Shown in pieces: positions 12,547-26,215 of a stretch of 64,000 nucleotides of DNA. The position numbers and the translations under genes are program-made. Within the stretch, counting starts at the first letter, position 1; every line of letters starts with the position of its first letter. The notes beneath the pieces were generated by a model. That model was not told the origin of the DNA and made no database searches. It worked only from the letters and a program-made list of their open reading frames with translations. The DNA comes from Auanema rhodensis (taxonomy: Eukaryota > Animalia > Nematoda), in the NCBI GenBank assembly GCA_964057225.1, contig OZ059894.1, positions 20,150,001 to 20,214,000 of the forward strand. Reading direction: 5' to 3'.

Positions 12547-15500
12547 ATGTACACTCAACATTGCTTCCAAAAACATTTTGACAAAAATTTTTTCGAAAAA
12601 TTTCAAAATAATTTAGCAAAAAGTAGATGTTTTTAGATTCCTTTTTTCAAGGCAAAGACGATGGACAATGTTATTCAACAAAAAAATTAATTCTTCAGGG
12701 TGAAAATCGAGGATATAAGTGTGAACTTATATCAGTTGATATCTCGGTGCATTTTTAAGCTAGCGCAAATCTGATAACACAGATCGACGCAGCTTAAAAA
12801 TCCGCATCGAATGCACTATACTACATTGAGAAACGCTCAATACAAAAATTAGTTATGATCGTTTGAAAAATGATGCATTAGTGTATGTTGAGTTTCCATG
12901 TACACTCAACATTGCTTCCAAAAACATTTTGACAAAAATTTTTTTCAGAAAATTTCAAAATAAATTAGCAAAAAGTAGATGTTTTTAGATTCCTTTTTTC
13001 AAGGCAAAGACGATGGACAATGTTATTCAACAAAAAAATTAATTCTTCAGGGTGAAAATCGAGGATATAAGTGTGAACTTATATCAGTTGATATCTCGGT
13101 GCATTTTCAAGCTAGCGCAAATCTGATAACACAGATCGACGCAGCTTAAAAATCCGCATCGAATGCACTATACTACATTGAGAAACGCTTAATACAAAAA
13201 TTAGTTATGATCGTTTGAAAAATGATGCATTAGTGTATGTTGAGTTTCCATGTACACTCAACATTGCTTCCAAAAACATTTTGACAAAAATTTTTTCGAA
13301 AAATTTCAGAATAATTTAGCAAAAAGTAGATGTTTTTAGATTCCTTTTTTCAAGGCAAAGACGATGGACAATGTTATTCAACGAAAAAATTAATTCTTCA
13401 GGGTGAAAATCGAGGATATAAGTGTGAAATTATATCAGTTGATATCTCGGTGCATTTTTAAGCTAGCGCAAATCTGATAACACAGATCGACGCAGCTTAA
13501 AAATCCGCATCGAATGCAGTATACTACATTGAGAAACGCTTAATACAAAAATTAGTTATGATCGTTTGAAAAATGATGCATTAGTGTATGTTGAGTTGCC
13601 ATGTACACTCAACATTGCTTCCAAAAACATTTTGACAAAACTTTTTTCGAAAAATTTCAAAATAAATTAGCAAAAAGTAGATGTTTTTAGATTCCTTTTT
13701 TCAAGGCAAAGACGATGGACAATGTTATTCAACGAAAAAATTAATTCTTCAGGGTGAAAATCGAGGATATAAGTGTGAAATTATATCAGTTGATATCTCG
13801 GTGCATTTTTAAGCTAGCGCAAATCTGATAACACAGATCGACGCAGCTTAAAAATCCGCATCGAATGCAGTATACTACATTGAGAAACGCTTAATACAAA
13901 AATTAGTTATGATTGTTTGAAAAATGATGCATTAGTGTATGTTGAGTTTCCATGTACACTCAACATTGCTTCCAAAAACATTTTGACAAAAATTTTTTCG
14001 AAAAATTTCAAAATAATTTAGCAAAAAGTAGATGTTTTTAGATTCCTTTTTTCAAGGCAAAGACGATGGACAATGTTATTCAACGATAAAATTAATTCTT
14101 CAGGGTGAAAATCGAGGATATAAGTGTGAACTTATATCAGTTGATATCTCGGTGCATTTTTAAGCTAGCGCAAATCTGATAACACAGATCGACGCAGCTT
14201 AAAAATCCGCATCGAATGCACTATACTACATTGAGAAACGCTCAATACAAAAATTAGTTATGATCGTTTGAAAAATGATGCATTAGTGTATGTTGAGTTT
14301 CCATGTACACTCAACATTGCTTCCAAAAACATTTTGACAAAAATTTTTTTCAAAAAATTTCAAAATAAATTAGCAAAAAGTAGATGTTTTTAGATTCCTT
14401 TTTTCAAGGCAAAGACGATGGACAATGTTATTCAACAAAAAAATTAATTCTTCAGGGTGAAAATCGAGGATATAAGTGTGAACTTATATCAGTTGATATC
14501 TCGGTGCATTTTTAAGCTAGCGCAAATCTGATAACACAGATCGACGCAGCTTAAAAATCCGCATCGAATGCACTATACTACATTGAGAAACGCTCAATAC
14601 AAAAATTAGTTATGATCGTTTGAAAAATGATGCATTAGTGTATGTTGAGTTTCCATGTACACTCAACATTGCTTCCAAAAACATTTTGACAAAAATTTTT
14701 TTCAGAAAATTTCAAAATAAATTAGCAAAAAGTAGATGTTTTTAGATTCCTTTTTTCAAGGCAAAGACGATGGACAATGTTATTCAACAAAAAAATTAAT
14801 TCTTCAGGGTGAAAATCGAGGATATAAGTGTGAACTTATATCAGTTGATATCTCGGTGCATTTTCAAGCTAGCGCAAATCTGATAACACAGATCGACGCA
14901 GCTTAAAAATCCGCATCGAATGCACTATACTACATTGAGAAACGCTTAATACAAAAATTAGTTATGATCGTTTGAAAAATGATGCATTAGTGTATGTTGA
15001 GTTTCCATGTACACTCAACATTGCTTCCAAAAACATTTTGACAAAAATTTTTTCGAAAAATTTCAGAATAATTTAGCAAAAAGTAGATGTTTTTAGATTC
15101 CTTTTTTCAAGGCAAAGACGATGGACAATGTTATTCAACGAAAAAATTAATTCTTCAGGGTGAAAATCGAGGATATAAGTGTGAAATTATATCAGTTGAT
15201 ATCTCGGTGCATTTTTAAGCTAGCGCAAATCTGATAACACAGATCGACGCAGCTTAAAAATCCGCATCGAATGCAGTATACTACATTGAGAAACGCTTAA
15301 TACAAAAATTAGTTATGATTGTTTGAAAAATGATGCATTAGTGTATGTTGAGTTTCCATGTACACTCAACATTGCTTCCAAAAACATTTTGACAAAAATT
15401 TTTTCGAAAAATTTCAAAATAAATTAGCAAAAAGTAGATGTTTTTAGATTCCTTTTTTCAAGGCAAAGACGATGGACAATGTTATTCAACGAAAAAATTA

Positions 15501-18500
15501 ATTCTTCAGGGTGAAAATCGAGGATATAAGTGTGAACTTATATCAGTTGATATCTCGGTGCATTTTTAAGCTAGCGCAAATGTGATAACACAGATCGACG
15601 CAGCTTAAAAATCCGCATCGAATGCAGTATACTACATTGAGAAACGCTTAATACAAAAATTAGTTATGATCGTTTGAAAAATGATGCATTAGTGTATGTT
15701 GAGTTGCCATGTACACTCAACATTGCTTCCAAAAACATTTTGACAAAACTTTTTTCGAAAAATTTCAAAATAAATTAGCAAAAAGTAGATGTTTTTAGAT
15801 TCCTTTTTTCAAGGCAAAGACGATGGAGAATGTTATTCAACGAAAAAATTAATTCTTCAGGGTGAAAATCGAGGATATAAGTGTGAACTTATATCAGTTG
15901 ATATCTCGGTGCATTTTCAAGCTAGCGCAAATCTGATAACACAGATCGACGCAGCTTAAAAATCCGCATCGAATGCACTATACTACATTGAGAAACGCTT
16001 AATACAAAAATTAGTTATGATCGTTTGAAAAATGATGCATTAGTGTATGTTGAGTTTCCATGTACACTCAACATTGCTTCCAAAAACATTTTGACAAAAA
16101 TTTTTTCGAAAAATTTCAGAATAATTTAGCAAAAAGTAGATGTTTTTAGATTCCTTTTTTCAAGGCAAAGACGATGGACAATGTTATGCAACGAAAAAAT
16201 TAATTCTTCAGGGTGAAAATCGAGGATATAAGTGTGAACTTATATCAGTTGATATCTCGGTGCATTTTTAAGCTAGCGCAAATCTGATAACACAGATCGA
16301 CGCAGCTTAAAAATCCGCATCGAATGCACTATACTACATTGAGAAACGCTTAATACAAAAATTAGTTATGATCGTTTGAAAAATGATGCATTAGTGTATG
16401 TTGAGTTTCCATGTACACTCAACATTGCTTCCAAAAACATTTTGACAAAAATTTTTTCGAAAAATTTCAAAATAAATTAGCTAAACGTAGATGTTTTTAG
16501 ATTCCTTTTTTTAAGGCAAAGACGATGGACAATGTTATTCAACGATAAAATTAATTCTTCAGGGTGAAAATCGAGGATATAAGTGTGAACTTATATCAGT
16601 TGATATCTCGGTGCATTTTCAAGCTAGCGCAAATCTGATAACACAGATCGACGCAGCTTAAAAATCCGCATCGAATGCACTATACTACATTGAGAAACGC
16701 TTAATACAAAAATTAGTTATGATCGTTTGAAAAATGATGCATTAGTGTATGTTGAGTTTCCATGTACACTCAACATTGCTTCCAAAAACATTTTGACAAA
16801 AATTTTTTCGAAAAATTTCAAAATAATTTAGCAAAAAGTAGATGTTTTTAGATTCCTTTTTTCAAGGCAAAGACGATGGACAATGTTATTCAACGATAAA
16901 ATTAATTCTTCAGGGTGAAAATCGAGGATATAAGTGTGAACTTATATCAGTTGATATCTCGGTGCATTTTTAAGCTAGCGCAAATCTGATAACACAGATC
17001 GACGCAGCTTAAAAATCCGCATCGAATGCACTATACTACATTGAGAAACGCTCAATACAAAAATTAGTTATGATCGTTTGAAAAATGATGCATTAGTGTA
17101 TGTTGAGTTTCCATGTACACTCAACATTGCTTCCAAAAACATTTTGACAAAAATTTTTTCAAAAAATTTCAAAATAAATTAGCTAAACGTAGATGTTTTT
17201 AGATTCCTTTTTTTAAGGCAAAGACGATGGACAATGTTATTCAACGAAAAAATTAATTCTTCAGGGTGAAAATCGAGGATATAAGTGTGAACTTATATCA
17301 GTTGATATCTCGGTGCATTTTCAAGCTAGCGCAAATCTGATAACACAGATCGACGCAGCTTAAAAATCCGCATCGAATGCACTATACTACATTGAGAAAC
17401 GCTTAATACAAAAATTAGTTATGATTGTTTGAAAAATGATGCATTAGTGTATGTTGAGTTTCCATGTACACTCAACATTGCTTCCAAAAACATTTTGACA
17501 AAAATTTTTTCGAAAAATTTCAGAATAATTTAGCAAAAAGTAGATGTTTTTAGATTCCTTTTCTCAAGGCGAAGACGATGGACAATGTTATTCAACGAAA
17601 AAATTAATTCTTCAGGGTGAAAATCGAGGATATAAGTGTGAACTTATATCAGTTGATATCTCGGTGCATTTTTAAGCTAGCGCAAATCTGATAACACAGA
17701 TCGACGCAGCTTAAAAATCCGCATCGAATGCACTATACTACATTGAGAAACGCTCAATACAAAAATTAGTTATGATCGTTTGAAAAATGATGCATTAGTG
17801 TATGTTGAGTTTCCATGTACACTCAACATTGCTTCCAAAAACATTTTGACAAAAATTTTTTCAAAAAATTTCAAGATAAATTAGCAAAAAGTAGATGTTT
17901 TTAGATTCCTTTTTTCAAGGCAAAGACGATGGACAATGTTATTCAACGAAAAAATTAATTCTTCAGGGTGAAAATCGAGGATATAAGTGTGAACTTGTAT
18001 CAGTTGATATCTCGGTGCATTTTCAAGCTAGCGCAAATCTGATAACACAGATCGACGCAGCTTAAAAATCCGCATCGAATGCACTATACTACATTGAGAA
18101 ACGCTTAATACAAAAATTAGTTATGATCGTTTGAAAAATGATGCATTAGTGTATGTTGAGTTTCCATGTACACTCAACATTGCTTCCAAAAACATTTTGA
18201 CAAAAATTTTTTCGAAAAATTTCAAAATAATTTAGCAAAAAGTAGATGTTTTTAGATTCCTTTTTTCAAGGCAAAGACGATGGACAATGTTATTCAACGA
18301 TAAAATTAATTCTTCAGGGTGAAAATCGAGGATATAAGTGTGAACTTATATCAGTTGATATCTCGGTGCATTTTTAAGCTAGCGCAAATCTGATAACACA
18401 GATCGACGCAGCTTAAAAATCCGCATCGAATGCACTATACTACATTGAGAAACGCTCAATACAAAAATTAGTTATGATCGTTTGAAAAATGATGCATTAG

Positions 18501-21500
18501 TGTATGTTGAGTTTCCATGTACACTCAACATTGCTTCCAAAAACATTTTGACAAAAATTTTTTCGAAAAATTTCAAAATAATTTAGCAAAAAGTAGATGT
18601 TTTTAGATTCTTTTTTTCAAGGCAAAGACGATGGACAATGTTATTCAACGAAAAAATTAATTCTTCAGGGTGAAAATCGAGGATATAAGTGTGAACTTAT
18701 ATCAGTTGATATCTCGGTGCATTTTTAAGCTAGCGCAAATCTGATAACACAGATCGACGCAGCTTAAAAATCCGCATCGAATGCACTATACTACATTGAG
18801 AAACGCTTAATACAAAAATTAGTTATGATCGTTTGAAAAATGATGCATTAGTGTATGTTGAGTTTCCATGTACACTCAACATTGCTTCCAAAAACATTTT
18901 GACAAAAATTTTTTCGAAAAATTTCAAAATAATTTAGCAAAAAGTAGATGTTTTTAGATTCCTTTTTTCAAGGCAAAGACGATGGACAATGTTATTCAAC
19001 GATAAAATTAATTCTTCAGGGTGAAAATCGAGGATATAAGTGTGAACTTATATCAGTTGATATCTCGGTGCATTTTTAAGCTAGCGCAAATCTGATAACA
19101 CAGATCGACGCAGCTTAAAAATCCGCATCGAATGCACTATACTACATTGAGAAACGCTCAATACAAAAATTAGTTATGATCGTTTGAAAAATGATGCATT
19201 AGTGTATGTTGAGTTTCCATGTACACTCAACATTGCTTCCAAAAACATTTTGACAAAAATTTTTTCGAAAAATTTCAAAATAATTTAGCAAAGAGTAGAT
19301 GTTTTTAGATTCCTTTTTTCAAGGCAAAGACGATGGACAATGTTATTCAACGAAAAAATTAATTCTTCAGGGTGAAAATCGAGGATATAAGTGTGAACTT
19401 ATATCAGTTGATATCTCGGTGCATTTTTAAGCTAGCGCAAATCTGATAACACAGATCGACGCAGCTTAAAAATCCGCATCGAATGCACTATACTACATTG
19501 AGAAACGCTCAATACAAAAATTAGTTATGATCGTTTGAAAAATGATGCATTAGTGTATGTTGAGTTTCCATGTACACTCAACATTGCTTCCAAAAACATT
19601 TTGACAAAAATTTTTTCGAAAAATTTCAAAATAATTTAGCAAAGAGTAGATGTTTTTAGATTCCTTTTTTCAAGGCAAAGACGATGGACAATGTTATTCA
19701 ACGAAAAAATTAATTCTTCAGGGTGAAAATCGAGGATATAAGTGTGAACTTATATCAGTTGATATCTCGGTGCATTTTTAAGCTAGCGCAAATCTGATAA
19801 CACAGATCGACGCAGCTTAAAAATCCGCATCGAATGCACTATACTACATTGAGAAACGCTCAATACAAAAATTAGTTATGATCGTTTGAAAAATGATGCA
19901 TTAGTGTATGTTGAGTTTCCATGTACACTCAACATTGCTTCCAAAAACATTTTGACAAAAATTTTTTCAAAAAATTTCAAAATAAATTAGCTAAAAGTAG
20001 ATGTTTTTAGATTCCTTTTTTTAAGGCAAAGACGATGGACAATGTTATTCAACGAAAAAATTAATTCTTCAGGGTGAAAATCGAGGATATAAGTGTGAAC
20101 TTATATCAGTTGATATCTCGGTGCATTTTCAAGCTAGCGCAAATCTGATAACACAGATCGACGCAGCTTAAAAATCCGCATCGAATGCACTATACTACAT
20201 TGAGAAACGCTTAATGCAAAAATTAGTTATGATCGTTTGAAAAATGATGCATTAGTGTATGTTGAGTTTCCATGTACACTCAACATTGCTTCCAAAAACA
20301 TTTTGACAAAAATTTTTTCGAAAAATTTCAGAATAATTTAGCAAAAAGTAGATGTTTTTAGATTTCTTTTCTCAAGGTAAAGACGATGGACAATGTTATT
20401 CAACGAAAAAATTAATTCTTCAGGGTGAAAATCGAGGATATAAGTGTGAACTTATATCAGTTGATATCTCGGTGCATTTTTAAGCTAGCGCAAATCTGAT
20501 AACACAGATCGACGCAGCTTAAAAATCCGCATCGAATGCACTATACTACATTGAAAAACGCTTAATACAAAAATTAGTTATGATCGTTTGAAAAATGATG
20601 CATTAAATGTTGAGTTTCCATGTACACTCAACATTGCTTCCAAAAACATTTTGACAAAAATTTTTTCGAAAAATTTCAAAATAAATTAGCAAAAAGGATG
20701 TTTTTAGATTCCTTTTTTCAAGGCAAAGACGATGGACAATGTTATTCAACGAAAAAATTAATTCTTCAGAGTGAAAATCGAGGATATAAGTGTGAACTTA
20801 TATCAGTTGATATCTCGGTGCATTTTTAAGCTAGCGCAAATCTGACAACACAGATCGACGCAGCTTAAAAATTCGCATCGAATGCACTATACTACATTGA
20901 GAAACGCTTAATACAAAAATTAGTTATGATCGTTTGAAAAATGATGCATTAGTGTATGTTGAGTTTCCATGTACACTCAACATTGCTTCCAAAAACATTT
21001 TGACAAAAATTTTTTCGAAAAATTTCAGAATAATTTAGCAAAAAGTAGATGTTTTTAGATTTCTTTTTTCAAGGCAAAGACGATGGACAATGTTATTCAA
21101 CGAGAAAATTAATTCTTCAGGGTGAAAATCGAGGATATAAGTGTGAACTTATATCAGTTGATATCTCGGTGCATTTTTAAGCTAGCGCAAATCTGATAAC
21201 ACAGATCGACGCAGCTTAAAAATTCGCATCGAATGCACTATACTACATTGAGAAACGCTCAATACAAAAATTAGTTATGATCGTTTGAAAAATGATGCAT
21301 TAGTGTATGTTGAGTTTCCATGTACACTCAACATTGCTTCCAAAAACATTTTGACAAAAATTTTTTCGAAAAATTTCAGAATAATTTAGCAAAAAGTAGA
21401 TGTTTTTAGATTCCTTTTTTCAAGGCAAAGACGATGGACAATGTTATTCAACGAAAAAATTAATTCTTCAGGGTGAAAATCGAGGATATAAGTGTGAACT

Positions 21501-22017
21501 TATATCAGTTGATATCTCGGTGCATTTTTAAGCTAGCGCAAATCTGATAACACAGATCGACGCAGCTTAAAAATCCGCATCGAATGCACTTTACTACATT
21601 GAGAAACGCTTAATACAAAAATTAGTTATGATCGTTTGAAAAATGATGCATTAGTGTATGTTGAGTTTCCATGTACACTCAACATTGCTTCCAAAAACAT
21701 TTTGACAAAAATTTTTCGAAAAATTTCAAAATAAATTAGCAAAAAGTAGATGTTTCTGGATTCCTTTTTTCAAGGCAAAGACGATGGACAATGTTATTCA
21801 ACGAAAAAATTAATTCTTCAGGGTGAAAATCGAGGATATAAGTGTGAACTTATATCAGTTGATATCTCGGTGCATTTTTAAGCTAGCGCAAATCTGATAA
21901 CACAGATCGACGCAGCTTAAAAATCCGCATCGAATGCACTATACTACATTGAAAAACGCTTAATACAAAAATTAGTTATGATCGTTTGAAAAATGATGCA
22001 TTAAATGTTGAGTTTCC

Positions 22018-25000
22018 ATGTACACTCAACATTGCTTCCAAAAACATTTTGACAAAAATTTTTTCGAAAAATTTCAAAATAAATTAGCAAAAAGGATGTT
22101 TTTAGATTCCTTTTTTCAAGGCAAAGACGATGGACAATGTTATTCAACGAAAAAATTAATTCTTCAGAGTGAAAATCGAGGATATAAGTGTGAACTTATA
22201 TCAGTTGATATCTCGGTGCATTTTTAAGCTAGCGCAAATCTGATAACACAGATCGACGCAGCTTAAAAATCCGCATCGAATGCACTTTACTACATTGAGA
22301 AACGCTTAATACAAAAATTAGTTATGATCGTTTGAAAAATGATGCATTAGTGTATGTTGAGTTTCCATGTACACTCAACATTGCTTCCAAAAACATTTTG
22401 ACAAAAATTTTTCGAAAAATTTCAAAATAAATTAGCAAAAAGTAGATGTTTCTGGATTCCTTTTTTCAAGGCAAAGACGATGGACAATGTTATTCAACGA
22501 AAAAATTAATTCTTCAGGGTGAAAATCGAGGATATAAGTGTGAACTTATATCAGTTGATATCTCGGTGCATTTTCAAGCTAGCGCAAATCTGATAACACA
22601 GATCGACGCAGCTTAAAAATCCGCATCGAATGCACTATACTACATTGAGAAACGCTTAATACAAAAATTAGTTATGATCGTTTGAAAAATGATGCATTAG
22701 TGTATGTTGAGTTTCCATGTACACTCAACATTGCTTCCAAAAACATTTTGACAAAAATTTTTTCGAAAAATTTCAAAATAATTTAGCAAAAAGTAGATGT
22801 TTTTAGATTCCTTTTTTCAAGGCAAAGACGATGGACAATGTTATTCAACGATAAAATTAATTCTTCAGGGTGAAAATCGAGGATATAAGTGTGAACTTAT
22901 ATCAGTTGATATCTCGGTGCATTTTTAAGCTAGCGCAAATCTGATAACACAGATCAACGCAGCTTAAAAATCCGCATCGAATGCACTATACTACATTGAG
23001 AAACGCTCAATACAAAAATTAGTTATGATCGTTTGAAAAATGATGCATTAGTGTATGTTGAGTTTCCATGTACACTCAACATTGCTTCCAAAAACATTTT
23101 GACAAAAATTTTTCGAAAAATTTCAAAATAAATTAGCAAAAAGTAGATGTTTCTGGATTCCTTTTTTCAAGGCAAAGACGATGGACAATGTTATTCAACG
23201 AAAAAATTAATTCTTCAGGGTGAAAATCGAGGATATAAGTGTGAACTTATATCAGTTGATATCTCGGTGCATTTTTAAGCTAGCGCAAATCTGATAACAC
23301 AGATCGACGCAGCTTAAAAATCCGCATCGAATGCACTATACTACATTGAAAAACGCTTAATACAAAAATTAGTTATGATCGTTTGAAAAATGATGCATTA
23401 AATGTTGAGTTTCCATGTACACTCAACATTGCTTCCAAAAACATTTTGACAAAAATTTTTTCGAAAAATTTCAAAATAAATTAGCAAAAAGGATGTTTTT
23501 AGATTCCTTTTTTCAAGGCAAAGACGATGGACAATGTTATTCAACGAAAAAATTAATTCTTCAGAGTGAAAATCGAGGATATAAGTGTGAACTTATATCA
23601 GTTGATATCTCGGTGCATTTTTAAGCTAGCGCAAATCTGATAACACAGATCGACGCAGCTTAAAAATCCGCATCGAATGCACTTTACTACATTGAGAAAC
23701 GCTTAATACAAAAATTAGTTATGATCGTTTGAAAAATGATGCATTAGTGTATGTTGAGTTGCCATGTACACTCAACATTGCTTCCAAAAACATTTTGACA
23801 AAAATTTTTCGAAAAATTTCAAAATAAATTAGCAAAAAGTAGATGTTTCTGGATTCCTTTTTTCAAGGCAAAGACGATGGACAATGTTATTCAACGAAAA
23901 AATTAATTCTTCAGGGTGAAAATCGAGGATATAAGTGTGAACTTATATCAGTTGATATCTCGGTGCATTTTCAAGCTAGCGCAAATCTGATAACACAGAT
24001 CGACGCAGCTTAAAAATCCGCATCGAATGCACTATACTACATTGAGAAACGCTTAATACAAAAATTAGTTATGATCGTTTGAAAAATGATGCATTAGTGT
24101 ATGTTGAGTTTCCATGTACACTCAACATTGCTTCCAAAAACATTTTGACAAAAATTTTTTCGAAAAATTTCAAAATAATTTAGCAAAAAGTAGATGTTTT
24201 TAGATTCCTTTTTTCAAGGCAAAGACGATGGACAATGTTATTCAACGATAAAATTAATTCTTCAGGGTGAAAATCGAGGATATAAGTGTGAACTTATATC
24301 AGTTGATATCTCGGTGCATTTTTAAGCTAGCGCAAATCTGATAACACAGATCAACGCAGCTTAAAAATCCGCATCGAATGCACTATACTACATTGAGAAA
24401 CGCTCAATACAAAAATTAGTTATGATCGTTTGAAAAATGATGCATTAGTGTATGTTGAGTTTCCATGTACACTCAACATTGCTTCCAAAAACATTTTGAC
24501 AAAAATTTTTTTCAAAAAATTTCAAGATAAATTAGCAAAAAGTAGATGTTTTTAGATTCCTTTTTTCAAGGCAAAGACGATGGACAATGTTATTCAACAA
24601 AAAAATTAATTCTTCAGGGTGAAAATCGAGGATATAAGTGTGAACTTATATCAGTTGATATCTCGGTGCATTTTTAAGCTAGCGCAAATCTGATAACACA
24701 GATCGACGCAGCTTAAAAATCCGCATCGAATGCACTATACTACATTGAGAAACGCTCAATACAAAAATTAGTTATGATCGTTTGAAAAATGATGCATTAG
24801 TGTATGTTGAGTTTCCATGTACACTCAACATTGCTTCCAAAAACATTTTGACAAAAATTTTTTCGAAAAATTTCAAAATAAATTAGCAAAAAGGATGTTT
24901 TTAGATTCCTTTTTTCAAGGCAAAGACGATGGACAATGTTATTCAACGAAAAAATTAATTCTTCAGAGTGAAAATCGAGGATATAAGTGTGAACTTATAT

Positions 25001-26215
25001 CAGTTGATATCTCGGTGCATTTTTAAGCTAGCGCAAATCTGATAACACAGATCGACGCAGCTTAAAAATCCGCATCGAATGCACTTTACTACATTGAGAA
25101 ACGCTTAATACAAAAATTAGTTATGATCGTTTGAAAAATGATGCATTAGTGTATGTTGAGTTTCCATGTACACTCAACATTGCTTCCAAAAACATTTTGA
25201 CAAAAATTTTTCGAAAAATTTCAAAATAAATTAGCAAAAAGTAGATGTTTCTGGATTCCTTTTTTCAAGGCAAAGACGATGGACAATGTTATTCAACGAA
25301 AAAATTAATTCTTCAGGGTGAAAATCGAGGATATAAGTGTGAACTTATATCAGTTGATATCTCGGTGCATTTTCAAGCTAGCGCAAATCTGATAACACAG
25401 ATCGACGCAGCTTAAAAATCCGCATCGAATGCACTATACTACATTGAGAAACGCTTAATACAAAAATTAGTTATGATCGTTTGAAAAATGATGCATTAGT
25501 GTATGTTGAGTTTCCATGTACACTCAACATTGCTTCCAAAAACATTTTGACAAAAATTTTTTCGAAAAATTTCAAAATAATTTAGCAAAAAGTAGATGTT
25601 TTTAGATTCCTTTTTTCAAGGCAAAGACGATGGACAATGTTATTCAACGATAAAATTAATTCTTCAGGGTGAAAATCGAGGATATAAGTGTGAACTTATA
25701 TCAGTTGATATCTCGGTGCATTTTTAAGCTAGCGCAAATCTGATAACACAGATCAACGCAGCTTAAAAATCCGCATCGAATGCACTATACTACATTGAGA
25801 AACGCTCAATACAAAAATTAGTTATGATCGTTTGAAAAATGATGCATTAGTGTATGTTGAGTTTCCATGTACACTCAACATTGCTTCCAAAAACATTTTG
25901 ACAAAAATTTTTTTCAAAAAATTTCAAGATAAATTAGCAAAAAGTAGATGTTTTTAGATTCCTTTTTTCAAGGCAAAGACGATGGACAATGTTATTCAAC
26001 AAAAAAATTAATTCTTCAGGGTGAAAATCGAGGATATAAGTGTGAACTTATATCAGTTGATATCTCGGTGCATTTTTAAGCTAGCGCAAATCTGATAACA
26101 CAGATCGACGCAGCTTAAAAATCCGCATCGAATGCACTATACTACATTGAAAAACGCTTAATACAAAAATTAGTTATGATCGTTTGAAAAATGATGCATT
26201 AAATGTTGAGTTTCC
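22018..26215 (-). repeat. 4-monomer higher-order repeat (~1.4 kb) x3
   Basis: The 2-bp-deletion monomer starts at 22018, 23415, 24817 and 26216. The private SNP GATCAACGC occurs at ~22955, ~24352 and ~25754. GCACTTT and TTCTGG variants are in the same phase. Confidence 0.85.

Noticed and set aside
1-21850. Exact mirror (read fold-back artefact or very recent palindromic duplication) around 10928
   Set aside because: Variant patterns on the two sides are not mirror images. TTGCC, AAAACTTT and GTGAAATT just right of the junction have no counterparts in the left arm.
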